A DNA stretch of 35,865 bases from Candidatus Woesearchaeota archaeon (GTDB lineage: Archaea; Nanobdellota; Nanobdellia; Woesearchaeales; UBA525). The position numbers and the translations under genes are program-made. Below the pieces are notes generated by a model, which saw only the letters and a list, made by a program, of their open reading frames with translations, was not told the DNA's origin and did not search any database. The stretch covers positions 1 through 35,865 of the forward strand of contig JBBIPM010000002.1 in assembly GCA_037442865.1 (NCBI GenBank), in the 5' to 3' direction. Below are positions 23,004 to 30,432 of this stretch, piece by piece. The first letter of the stretch is position 1; each line of letters starts with the position of its first letter.

Positions 23004-25931
23004 GTGACGATAAGAAAACAGAGGAAAAACCGGTCTGAGCCTGAAACCGAAGAGCGGGCGAAACAGGGCAAGGGGCCTGATCAGGGGTTGTTTGAGAAAG
23101 CCTCGCGTTTCTTCAGGCAGAATACTCGGATCTTGCTGTTTGGGCTCGTATTTCTGGCCATATTGATACCGGTGTTTCTCTCAATCCAGTACCGCAGTTT
23201 CGTCTATTCTTTGCCTGTGGCCGATGGCTGGGCGCAGAACACTATTAATCAAAACATCCGTTCTCAAGTGACCGCCAGCATACGGAACGATTTCCCTAAC
23301 CTGCCGGTTGCCAACCTGGAAAAGATGGTGGATGAGCAAGTAGATCGGTTCGTGGCCGATAACAAAGAAATTATAGAACAACAAGAGAAGCAATTGGCCG
23401 CTTATTTCCGTTCAAGGCTGCGGGAACCGGACGGTCATTCCTACTTGCCTGACTTGGACCCTTATCATTATGCGAAGAGGATTGATCTTACGCTCGCTAA
23501 TGGTTTTCCGGGTCATGAAAGAAGGGAGGGGCTGTATTGGAATAAACAGGCAGTAGCGCCACTAGGAATATTATCGGGACAAGATATGTTCACCTGGCTC
23601 AATGTACAGTTTTACAAGGTGGCCCGTATTTTCTTCGAGCTAGAGCCTCGGCACGTCCTGTTCTGGTTCAACCTCGTCTTTGCCTCCTTGAGCACAGTCC
23701 TTGCATTTCTCATAACGCGGCACAAAGGGTTGTTCGCCTCGTTCATAGCGGCTTTCCTGGTGGCGGTCCACCCTGGAAGCATCAGCAGAACCTCTGCAGG
23801 TGTTGGCGATACGGAGATATTCGCCCTCTTCTTCCCGTTGTTGGCGGCTTGGTTCTTGGTGGAGGCCTTAGAGACTGAGGAAGGCGATTGGAAACGGCTG
23901 GTCTTGATGCTCATCTTCTCAGGTCTCTCTTTCGGTCTCTTGGCACTTGCATGGGAATGGTGGTTCTTTTTCGTCGTCTTCATGGTCGCGCTGCTCTCGT
24001 TCGTAGTCTTCAGGATCGTGAGCCATTTCGTCAGGGGTGGAACGTTCACAGGGCTTTTTTCAAGCACGAAGATGAGGTGGGTGGCCGCGATTCCTGTCGG
24101 CATTTTCCTCAGCACCGGGTTCTTCGTATCCTTGTTCAGGGGTTTTGACGCGTTCGCGAGCGTCTTCCAAGCGATTATCGGACGAGTACAGTTAAAAGTG
24201 GCCATACAAGCGGGCGGCATCTGGCCGAACGTCATGACCACCGTCGCCGAGCTTAACGTGCCTAGCATAAGCGAGATAATCAACAATGCTGGTGGCAAGC
24301 TTCTTTTCGTACTGGCGGTCCTAGGCCTCGGCTTCGCAATGGTGCCGAAAGATCGGTTGAGGGTCAATGATTGGATTCTGCTCGGCTCTAGTCTACTGGC
24401 CGGCATCATCTTAGTATCGCATTTCGCCGCTGATTTCTCGATATTGAACTTCCTGATTATACTAGGTTTGCCGGTCGTTCTGGGTTGTTTTCTGCTTCTC
24501 AAAGAAGGCGATAAAGATGTTGACTTGGCTTACGCTCTGTTCCTGGCGGCTTGGCTGGGAGTGAGCATCTTCTCGATGACGAGAGGCGTCAGGTTCATCA
24601 GCCTACTTCTGCCTCCTTTCATACTGGCGGTCGCCTTAGGGCTCAACGGCACATACGTGCACCTAAAGCGGCTGTTTAGCGAGCACTTACCGACAGTGAT
24701 CGTTGTTCCTGTCCTCCTGATTTTGTTGATGGTGCCGCTCTACCCCGTGGCCGCGCAAGGCCGCGCGGTCGGTTTCCAGGCGACGCCGCACATGAGCGAT
24801 GCGTGGTGGGACTCCCTGACGCTCATCAAAGAGCAATCCGCTCCTGACGCGATCATCACCTCCTGGTGGGATTTCGGCCACTGGTTCCGGTACGTCGCCG
24901 ATCGTGGCGTCACGTTCGACGGCGCGTCGCAACGTGGTCAGCTCGCGCATTTCATCGGTCGTTCGTTGCAGACGAGCGACGAGAAGGAGACGCTCGCTAT
25001 CCTCCGCATGGTGGATTGCGGCTCCGATCGAGGCGGGGAGGAGCTCGAGTCGTTCCTCCCTTCGCAGGACCAGTACGAGGCGATCCTGCTCATGAAGCGG
25101 CTCATCCTCCTGACGCGCGCCGACGCTGAGAAGCTCCTCCTCGCGAACGGCCTCACCGATGAGCAAGCAGCCATCGTCCTGAACTACACCCATTGCGCTC
25201 CGCCTGAGGCGTATTTCATCACCTCCGGCGACATGGTGGGTAAAGCGGGCGTCTGGGGTCATTTCGGCAGTTGGAACTTCACGCGGGCGGACGCATACGC
25301 TAATTTCCATCGTCTGCCGCAGGCGACGGCTGTCGCGGGGATGAGTGCGAAGTACGGTCTCTCCGAGGATGATGCGTCTGTGCTCTATTATGATATGCTG
25401 CGATTGCCGACCGAGCCGCAGGTCAACTCCTGGATCAGCCCCTGGCCGGGGTATGCCACTGGCGTCGTCGGGTGCAACGATGAGAACGGGACGCGGCTCC
25501 TCTGCGGTTTCAACTTGCAGCTCAATTCCCAGGCTGCCGGTCGCTCGGTCTTGGAGGGGCTCGTCGTCAACATCTCCGATCCCGGCGCCTCGTTCTTTGT
25601 TGTCACGACGTATGATGCGCAGGGTCGTCGCGTCCAGTCGACGACCGAGGTGCGTCCGGAGCGGCTCCTCCTTATCCGGAACGGCACTTTGGGCGAGGTC
25701 CGGTTCCCTGACGGCGGTTTCGGTATGGCGGTCGTCGTCGACCTGGATGGGAAACGCGCGATCATGGCTGATCCGCTCCTCGCCGGCAGCCTCTTCACCC
25801 GGCTTTTCTTCTTCGACGGCGCCGGCACGGTCGCGTTCGAGAAGTTCAGCGACCAGACGACGTTCACCGGGAGCAGGATCATCGTCTGGAAGGTGGATTG
25901 GTCCAAGCTCGAGGAGCTGGGCTTGGCGTAG
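23004..25931 (+). CDS. aglB: Archaeal oligosaccharyltransferase AglB (STT3 family)
   Basis: 975 aa. It has a polytopic N-terminal domain of ~13 TM helices containing LDPYHY and GDTE acidic-loop motifs. The diagnostic WWDFGH (WWDxG) motif lies at 24864-24881, at the start of a soluble C-terminal domain. Confidence 0.92.
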   Translation: MTIRKQRKNRSEPETEERAKQGKGPDQGLFEKASRFFRQNTRILLFGLVFLAILIPVFLSIQYRSFVYSLPVADGWAQNTINQNIRSQVTASIRNDFPNLPVANLEKMVDEQVDRFVADNKEIIEQQEKQLAAYFRSRLREPDGHSYLPDLDPYHYAKRIDLTLANGFPGHERREGLYWNKQAVAPLGILSGQDMFTWLNVQFYKVARIFFELEPRHVLFWFNLVFASLSTVLAFLITRHKGLFASFIAAFLVAVHPGSISRTSAGVGDTEIFALFFPLLAAWFLVEALETEEGDWKRLVLMLIFSGLSFGLLALAWEWWFFFVVFMVALLSFVVFRIVSHFVRGGTFTGLFSSTKMRWVAAIPVGIFLSTGFFVSLFRGFDAFASVFQAIIGRVQLKVAIQAGGIWPNVMTTVAELNVPSISEIINNAGGKLLFVLAVLGLGFAMVPKDRLRVNDWILLGSSLLAGIILVSHFAADFSILNFLIILGLPVVLGCFLLLKEGDKDVDLAYALFLAAWLGVSIFSMTRGVRFISLLLPPFILAVALGLNGTYVHLKRLFSEHLPTVIVVPVLLILLMVPLYPVAAQGRAVGFQATPHMSDAWWDSLTLIKEQSAPDAIITSWWDFGHWFRYVADRGVTFDGASQRGQLAHFIGRSLQTSDEKETLAILRMVDCGSDRGGEELESFLPSQDQYEAILLMKRLILLTRADAEKLLLANGLTDEQAAIVLNYTHCAPPEAYFITSGDMVGKAGVWGHFGSWNFTRADAYANFHRLPQATAVAGMSAKYGLSEDDASVLYYDMLRLPTEPQVNSWISPWPGYATGVVGCNDENGTRLLCGFNLQLNSQAAGRSVLEGLVVNISDPGASFFVVTTYDAQGRRVQSTTEVRPERLLLIRNGTLGEVRFPDGGFGMAVVVDLDGKRAIMADPLLAGSLFTRLFFFDGAGTVAFEKFSDQTTFTGSRIIVWKVDWSKLEELGLA

Positions 25932-26211
25932 CCGCTCGGTCTCGTTCTTTTCGGGATTCTTTGACGGTCACGACCATTATTTTGATGATCTTGATGAACC
26001 GTCGCCTCACTGGCTGTTTACTGGGTCCTCGTCCTGTTCCTCTCCGCGCCGAGCGAGCAGCTCCGGTTCGAGAACCCTGCGTGAAGAACGTCGACGTGCC
26101 GTTAGTCTGCGTCGCGTTGGCCGCGCGTCAGGATGAAACGCGTCGTCCTCGCGGAGGAGCGGATAGTCGCGGCGCGGCAGGGGTTCGGCCCTGAGTGGCG
26201 GAGTTCCGTAT

Positions 26212-26222
26212 GTTTTTTATAC
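26212..26222 (+). promoter_or_regulatory. TATA box for the GT2 gene (leaderless spacing)
   Basis: GTTTTTTATAC is centred ~27 nt upstream of the ATG at 26244. This supports 26244 rather than the track start at 26133. Confidence 0.5.
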
Positions 26223-26243
26223 CCTTCGCGTCTCTTCCGCGCC

Positions 26244-26975
26244 ATGCTCGAGGCTGCGGCGAAGCTGGTGATGCGGGCGTTGCCGAAACGACGGCGCCCG
26301 CATCGTGTCTTCATCGTCGTCGCTGCGTATAACGAGGCGTCGAAGATTGGTTTCGTCCTCGATGATCTGCACCGTCACGGCTACCGCGACGTCATCGTCG
26401 TCGATGATGCGAGCTGTGATCGTACCGGCTCGATCGCGCGCGCTAAGGGCGCGTCGGTGATTCGTCATCAGCGCAATCGTGGCCAAGGGGCTGCGCTCCG
26501 CACCGGGATCGCGGCGGCTCTCGCGCAGAAAGCGTCCGTCATCGTCACCTTCGACGGTGACGGCCAGCATCGTGCCGAGGAGATCGGGGCGCTGGTCGCC
26601 CCTCTGTTCGCAGGAGAAGCCGATGTCGCGCTCGGCTCGCGCTTCCTCGGTCGCGTCGTCGGCATCCAGAAGCGGAAGTGGGTGACGCTGAAAGGGGCGA
26701 TCCTCGTCGAGCGGCTCCTTCTCGGGGTGAAGCTGACCGATGTCCATAACGGGTTCCGCGCCTTGTCGCGGCGAGCCGCTGAGCTGATCGAGATCACGCA
26801 GGACGGGATGGCGCACGCCTCGGAGATAGTCTATGAGATCAGGCTCAAGGGGCTCCGTTTCGTCGAGGTGCCGGTGACGATCCAGTATGACGCGTACGCG
26901 AAGGGGAAGGGGCAGTCCATCCTGAACGCTTTCAACATCCTGCGCGAGATCGTGCGGATGAAGCGGGCGAAATAG
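26244..26975 (+). CDS. GT2 (GT-A) glycosyltransferase, dolichyl-phosphate hexose synthase-like (DPM1/AglD/AglJ type)
   Basis: VFIVVAAYNEASKI, VIVVDDASCDRT and TFDGDGQH (DxD region) are typical of DPM1-like GT2 enzymes. It is ~243 aa from ATG 26244. Confidence 0.85.
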   Translation: MLEAAAKLVMRALPKRRRPHRVFIVVAAYNEASKIGFVLDDLHRHGYRDVIVVDDASCDRTGSIARAKGASVIRHQRNRGQGAALRTGIAAALAQKASVIVTFDGDGQHRAEEIGALVAPLFAGEADVALGSRFLGRVVGIQKRKWVTLKGAILVERLLLGVKLTDVHNGFRALSRRAAELIEITQDGMAHASEIVYEIRLKGLRFVEVPVTIQYDAYAKGKGQSILNAFNILREIVRMKRAK

Positions 26976-27213
26976 GCTTCGGCACGTCGTGGTCGGCGTT
27001 AAACCTCTTGGTCGACGGCGATCCTCTCTCCTTCGTCGTTCTCCACATCTTACTATGGAGCTACTTTTTGGCACTGTTGCCGCGGCGAGAGCTCGGCTCA
27101 GGTCATGGCAGGACGCGACCGAGTCATACGCAATCCTCCGGGGCATCGATGGCCCCGCCAAGGCGGCAAAAGTGCCGGTAGTGACGAGAAGCGCTATTAC
27201 GCTCTTCGCGATG

Positions 27214-27229
27214 AAAAAATATTAATATT
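27214..27229 (+). promoter_or_regulatory. TATA box for the SET-domain gene
   Basis: AAAAAATATTAATATT is centred ~28 nt upstream of the in-frame GTG at 27249. Confidence 0.45.
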
Positions 27230-27248
27230 GGCTTCTTGGTGTGAGGAC

Positions 27249-27767
27249 GTGCCTGATTTCCTCATCTCCTCTTCGCCGTTCGGTCTCGGCGTCGTCGCCG
27301 GCAGACGTTTCCGTCGCGGCGAACCGCTCTTCCCCTTCACCGGGGAGCGTCTGAAGAAAGAGGAGCTTCCCGTGATCTTCGCTCCCGAGGATGATCGGTA
27401 TGTCCGGGTCGGGCAGGATTTTTTCTTCGACCCTTCCGGTGGCTTTGACGATTGCTTTGACGATTTCGTGAACCATTCCTGCGATCCGAATTGCGGTCTC
27501 GTCTTCGACGGCGATCGCGTCCAGCTGGTGGCGATCCGGATGATTGCGCCGGGAGAGGAGCTGTTCTGGGATTATTCGACGACCATGGACGAGGATGGCT
27601 GGGAGTTGGCGTGCCGTTGCGGCTCTCCGCTCTGTCGCGGCAGGGTGAAGGATTTCAAGCATCTCCCCGTTCCGCTTCGTCTCCGGTACGCGAAGCTCGG
27701 CATCATCCCGCCGTACCTTCTCCGGTACGTCCCTGCTGTCATGCTCGTTTCGAATCGTGTCGCCTGA
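27249..27767 (+). CDS. SET-domain protein-lysine methyltransferase
   Basis: NHSCDPNC lies at 27471-27494 and ELFWDYS follows. A post-SET Cys cluster, CRCGSPLC, lies at 27612-27635. The start is uncertain. GTG 27249 fits the TATA spacing. The track ATG 27105 adds ~48 aa in which roughly half the codons are A/T-ending. TTG 27228 is also in frame. Confidence 0.8.
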   Translation: MPDFLISSSPFGLGVVAGRRFRRGEPLFPFTGERLKKEELPVIFAPEDDRYVRVGQDFFFDPSGGFDDCFDDFVNHSCDPNCGLVFDGDRVQLVAIRMIAPGEELFWDYSTTMDEDGWELACRCGSPLCRGRVKDFKHLPVPLRLRYAKLGIIPPYLLRYVPAVMLVSNRVA

Positions 27768-28662
27768 ACCAGGCGATCGTCTCCCGCAGCCCGTGCTCGA
27801 GCGTCGTCGTGGCGGTGAAGCCGAGCTCCTCGTTCGCTTTCGTCACGTCGGCGAGGCTCGTCTGCGGGTCGCCGGGACGGGCCGCGTGATGGATGATCCT
27901 GCTCGTGCTTCCGGTGAGCCGGATGATCGTCCGGGCCAGTTCGTTGATCGTGACGCTCCTTCCGGTGGCGATGTTGATCGTCCCGCTCCCGGTGGCGAGG
28001 CCACGTTCGATCGCGGCGCAGACATCCGCGACGAAGATGAAATCCCTGGTCTGGGTGCCATCACCGTAGATCGTGAGCGGCTCGTTCTTCAGCGCCCGGC
28101 TGATGAACGCCGGGATGACCGCCGCGTACTGGCTCCCGGGATCCTGTCCTGGGCCGTAGACGTTGAAGAACCGGAGGCAGAGGCAGGGCAGTCCGTCGCG
28201 TGTGTATCGTGCTGCGTGCGCTTCCATGGCGAGTTTCGTGGCGGCATAGGGGCTGCCGGGCTTTGGCCTCTCCGTCTCTTTCGTCGGCGTCCGGGGCGTG
28301 AACCCGTAGACGGCTGCGCTGCTGGCGAGCACCGCTTTCTTCACCTTCGCTTCCCGGGCCGCTTCGAGGACGTTGAGGCTGCCCTGGACGTTGACGCGTT
28401 CAGCTTCGGCAGGGTTCTTGATCGTTTCCAGCACCGAGATCATGGCGGCGAGGTGGACCGCCGCGTCTTTCCCTTCCATCGCCTTCTTGATGAGCGTCGG
28501 GTCGGTGACGTTTCCTGCGATGACGCTCGCTCCTTCCGGGATCATCTCCTGTTTTCCGCTGCTCAGGTCGTCGATGATGGTGATGGCGTGGCCTGCTGCG
28601 AGGAGGCGTTTCGCGAGATTGCTGCCGATGAAGCCCGCTCCTCCGGTGATCAGGATCCGCAT
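27739..28662 (-). CDS. Extended-SDR UDP-sugar 4-epimerase-like enzyme (GalE/WbpP type)
   Basis: MRILITGGAGFIGSNL carries GxxGxxG. YAATK (YxxxK) and FNVYGPGQ are present. It is 307 aa. A TATA box lies ~27 nt upstream. Its 3' end overlaps the SET gene 3' end by 29 nt. Confidence 0.88.
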   Translation of the reverse strand: MRILITGGAGFIGSNLAKRLLAAGHAITIIDDLSSGKQEMIPEGASVIAGNVTDPTLIKKAMEGKDAAVHLAAMISVLETIKNPAEAERVNVQGSLNVLEAAREAKVKKAVLASSAAVYGFTPRTPTKETERPKPGSPYAATKLAMEAHAARYTRDGLPCLCLRFFNVYGPGQDPGSQYAAVIPAFISRALKNEPLTIYGDGTQTRDFIFVADVCAAIERGLATGSGTINIATGRSVTINELARTIIRLTGSTSRIIHHAARPGDPQTSLADVTKANEELGFTATTTLEHGLRETIAWFRRHDSKRA

Positions 28663-28682
28663 GGCGGTGGTGACGTTTCACC

Positions 28683-28694
28683 CATTATTAAACT
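28683..28694 (-). promoter_or_regulatory. TATA box for the 27739..28662 gene (leaderless spacing)
   Basis: CATTATTAAACT (plus-strand reading) is centred ~27 nt upstream of the minus-strand ATG at 28662. Confidence 0.45.
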
Positions 28695-28856
28695 CTCCTC
28701 GTTTTCCTTCGCGCGCATATTTATTTACTATATAGTTATTATTTATTCCTCTTTATCGTTCCCGGTATCATGTATCAAGGATGAATATCAGGAACGAATA
28801 CGGACGCCGGGACGGTACTCTATTATACTACTATAAAGTGATTACTTTTCAGAAAA

Positions 28857-28868
28857 GTTTTTAAATAG
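28857..28868 (+). promoter_or_regulatory. TATA box for the first TSP3 surface-protein gene (leaderless spacing)
   Basis: GTTTTTAAATAG is centred ~28 nt upstream of the ATG at 28891. Confidence 0.55.
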
Positions 28869-28890
28869 TGGTTGCTTCATAGCCGGGACT

Positions 28891-30093
28891 ATGGCCGCTC
28901 CGCGCTCCACTTCCCCGCATCCCTGTCGCGTCACCGCGCCGCGCCAACGCGCCCCCAGCACAGCCTCCTCTTCCTCCCGCGCCATCCCCTCCTTCCTGCT
29001 CTGCACCCTCTCCTTCCTCCTCGCTTTTTCCCTCCCCTCCACGCTTGCCGTCATCTACCACGACTACTACGGCCCCTACGGCGGCGACCCCTGGCTCACC
29101 TGGGACGAGGATTACCGGCTCAACAACAAGAGCCACGCCACGCCGCCCTTCGCCCCCCGGCCGAGCTTCGGCGGCTGCTACATCGCCCAAGGGAGCGGCG
29201 TGCTCCTCGACGACCTCGACTGCGACAAGGTCCCTGATGTGTCTGACAACTGCCGCGGCGTCCCGAACACCGACCAGCGCGACCAGAACAAGAACGGGCT
29301 GGGCGACGCCTGCGACCTCGTCGTGGACGCGATCAGGATCGACCCCGGCGTCGTCCTCGAGGACCGGCCGTTCATCGTCACCGCTGCGCTGACGAACTAC
29401 CGTGCGCTGCCGATCAGCAACATCGAGCTCACTATCCAGGTGCCGGAGCTGGGGCTGGACCAGAAAGCGTATGTCGACCGGCTTGAACCCGGGCAGCAGG
29501 GACGCTACGAATTCTTCCTCCGCGTCCCCGGCTGCACCGTCGCGAAGGAGTACGACGTCGTCCTCTTCATCGCCTTCCCGCAGAGCCCCGGCGTGAAGGA
29601 GTTCTTCTACATCCCGACGCGGATGGCGGTCCAGAGCAACGGGCTCTGCCAGGAGGAGCCCACGCTCCGGGGGAAGAGCATCATCACCATCCTCGACGTC
29701 CAGGACATCGACCCGGTGCTGGGCGGCTCCTACCCCTTCACCATTGTGAATGGCGAGCCCGAGAGTCAGGCGTATGTCCTCACCGTCCAGGGCACTGAGG
29801 AGTGGGGGAGCTACCTCATCGAGCCCCGCTCCCTGATCGTCGTTCCTGCCGGCGAGACGCGCGAAGGGCGCCTCACGCTCTTCGCGAAGAAAGGCGTGAC
29901 GGGCGAGCACGGCTTCATCCTGACGTTGCGGAGCAAAGCGGATGCGCAGCAGCTCGTCCTCTCCGCCCGCGTCAAGGACGAGCTCCCGGGACGGAGCCTC
30001 GCTTCGTGGCTCCAGTTCGGCATCTTCATCCTCTGCGCCATCATCCTCGTCGCGGCCTTCGCGCTCCTCCATCTGAAACGCGGAAAACGTTAG
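28891..30093 (+). CDS. Membrane-anchored surface protein: thrombospondin type-3-like calcium-binding repeat plus CARDB-like beta-sandwich domains
   Basis: It has a long signal or anchor region (...FLLCTLSFLLAFSLPSTLA). The TSP3 signature DDLDCDKVPDVSDNCRGVPNTDQRDQNKNGLGDACD lies at 29209-29316. About 250 aa of beta-rich sequence follows, then a C-terminal TM helix (WLQFGIFILCAIILVAAFALL) and a basic stop-transfer (HLKRGKR). Confidence 0.8.
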   Translation: MAAPRSTSPHPCRVTAPRQRAPSTASSSSRAIPSFLLCTLSFLLAFSLPSTLAVIYHDYYGPYGGDPWLTWDEDYRLNNKSHATPPFAPRPSFGGCYIAQGSGVLLDDLDCDKVPDVSDNCRGVPNTDQRDQNKNGLGDACDLVVDAIRIDPGVVLEDRPFIVTAALTNYRALPISNIELTIQVPELGLDQKAYVDRLEPGQQGRYEFFLRVPGCTVAKEYDVVLFIAFPQSPGVKEFFYIPTRMAVQSNGLCQEEPTLRGKSIITILDVQDIDPVLGGSYPFTIVNGEPESQAYVLTVQGTEEWGSYLIEPRSLIVVPAGETREGRLTLFAKKGVTGEHGFILTLRSKADAQQLVLSARVKDELPGRSLASWLQFGIFILCAIILVAAFALLHLKRGKR

Positions 30094-30264
30094 CGTCCGC
30101 TTCTGTTTCCCGTTCTCGCTCTTCTTCCTCGACGGTCCGTAGAACGTCTCTGGCACTTCGTTGGAGAACGCGCGTTCGGTTCCGTGGCGAGGAACCGGGG
30201 AACGGTGACTACGGAGCCAATGCGCGGCGGTCGATGCGCCCTTGTCTCTTCCGACGATACTCAG

Positions 30265-30366
30265 TTCTCCTTCTCCTCCTCTCTCTTTCTTCCGTTCCCC
30301 TTTTTTTCTCTTTCATTTTTTTCTCCCTTTTCCCCTCTCTTTTTCTCTCTCCCTTTTACCTTTTCA
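30265..30366. repeat. ~100-bp near-pure polypyrimidine (plus strand) / polypurine tract
   Basis: ttctccttctcctcctctctctttcttccgttcccctttttttctctttcatttttttctcccttttcccctctctttttctctctcccttttaccttttc has only a handful of purines. It ends ~35 nt before the TATA box of the next gene. Confidence 0.9.
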
Positions 30367-30398
30367 TTACCACTACCAAATAGTTAAAAAACCAATAC

Positions 30399-30409
30399 TT
30401 TTATAAATG
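30399..30409 (+). promoter_or_regulatory. TATA box for the second TSP3 surface-protein gene (leaderless spacing)
   Basis: CTTTTATAAAT is centred ~29 nt upstream of the ATG at 30433. Confidence 0.55.
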
Positions 30410-30432
30410 CTGTTCCTCTCCCTCACCGCACC

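Noticed and set aside
26989-27225. 78-aa ORF (or 56 aa from ATG 27055) between the GT2 and SET genes
   Set aside because: It has only moderate third-position G+C and no motif or start signal, and its stop lies inside the SET-gene TATA box. I treat it as non-coding spacer. Confidence in this rejection is low.
27741-27760. GTTTCGAATCG string resembling a tRNA T-loop
   Set aside because: The flanking bases do not form a T-stem and no acceptor or anticodon arms can be drawn. The string lies in the overlapping 3' ends of two well-supported CDSs.
30184-30387. 67-aa ORF rich in Phe/Ser/Leu/Pro running through the polypyrimidine tract
   Set aside because: The composition is just the translation of a C/T tract. 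There is no start context, and it sits in the promoter-proximal intergenic region.
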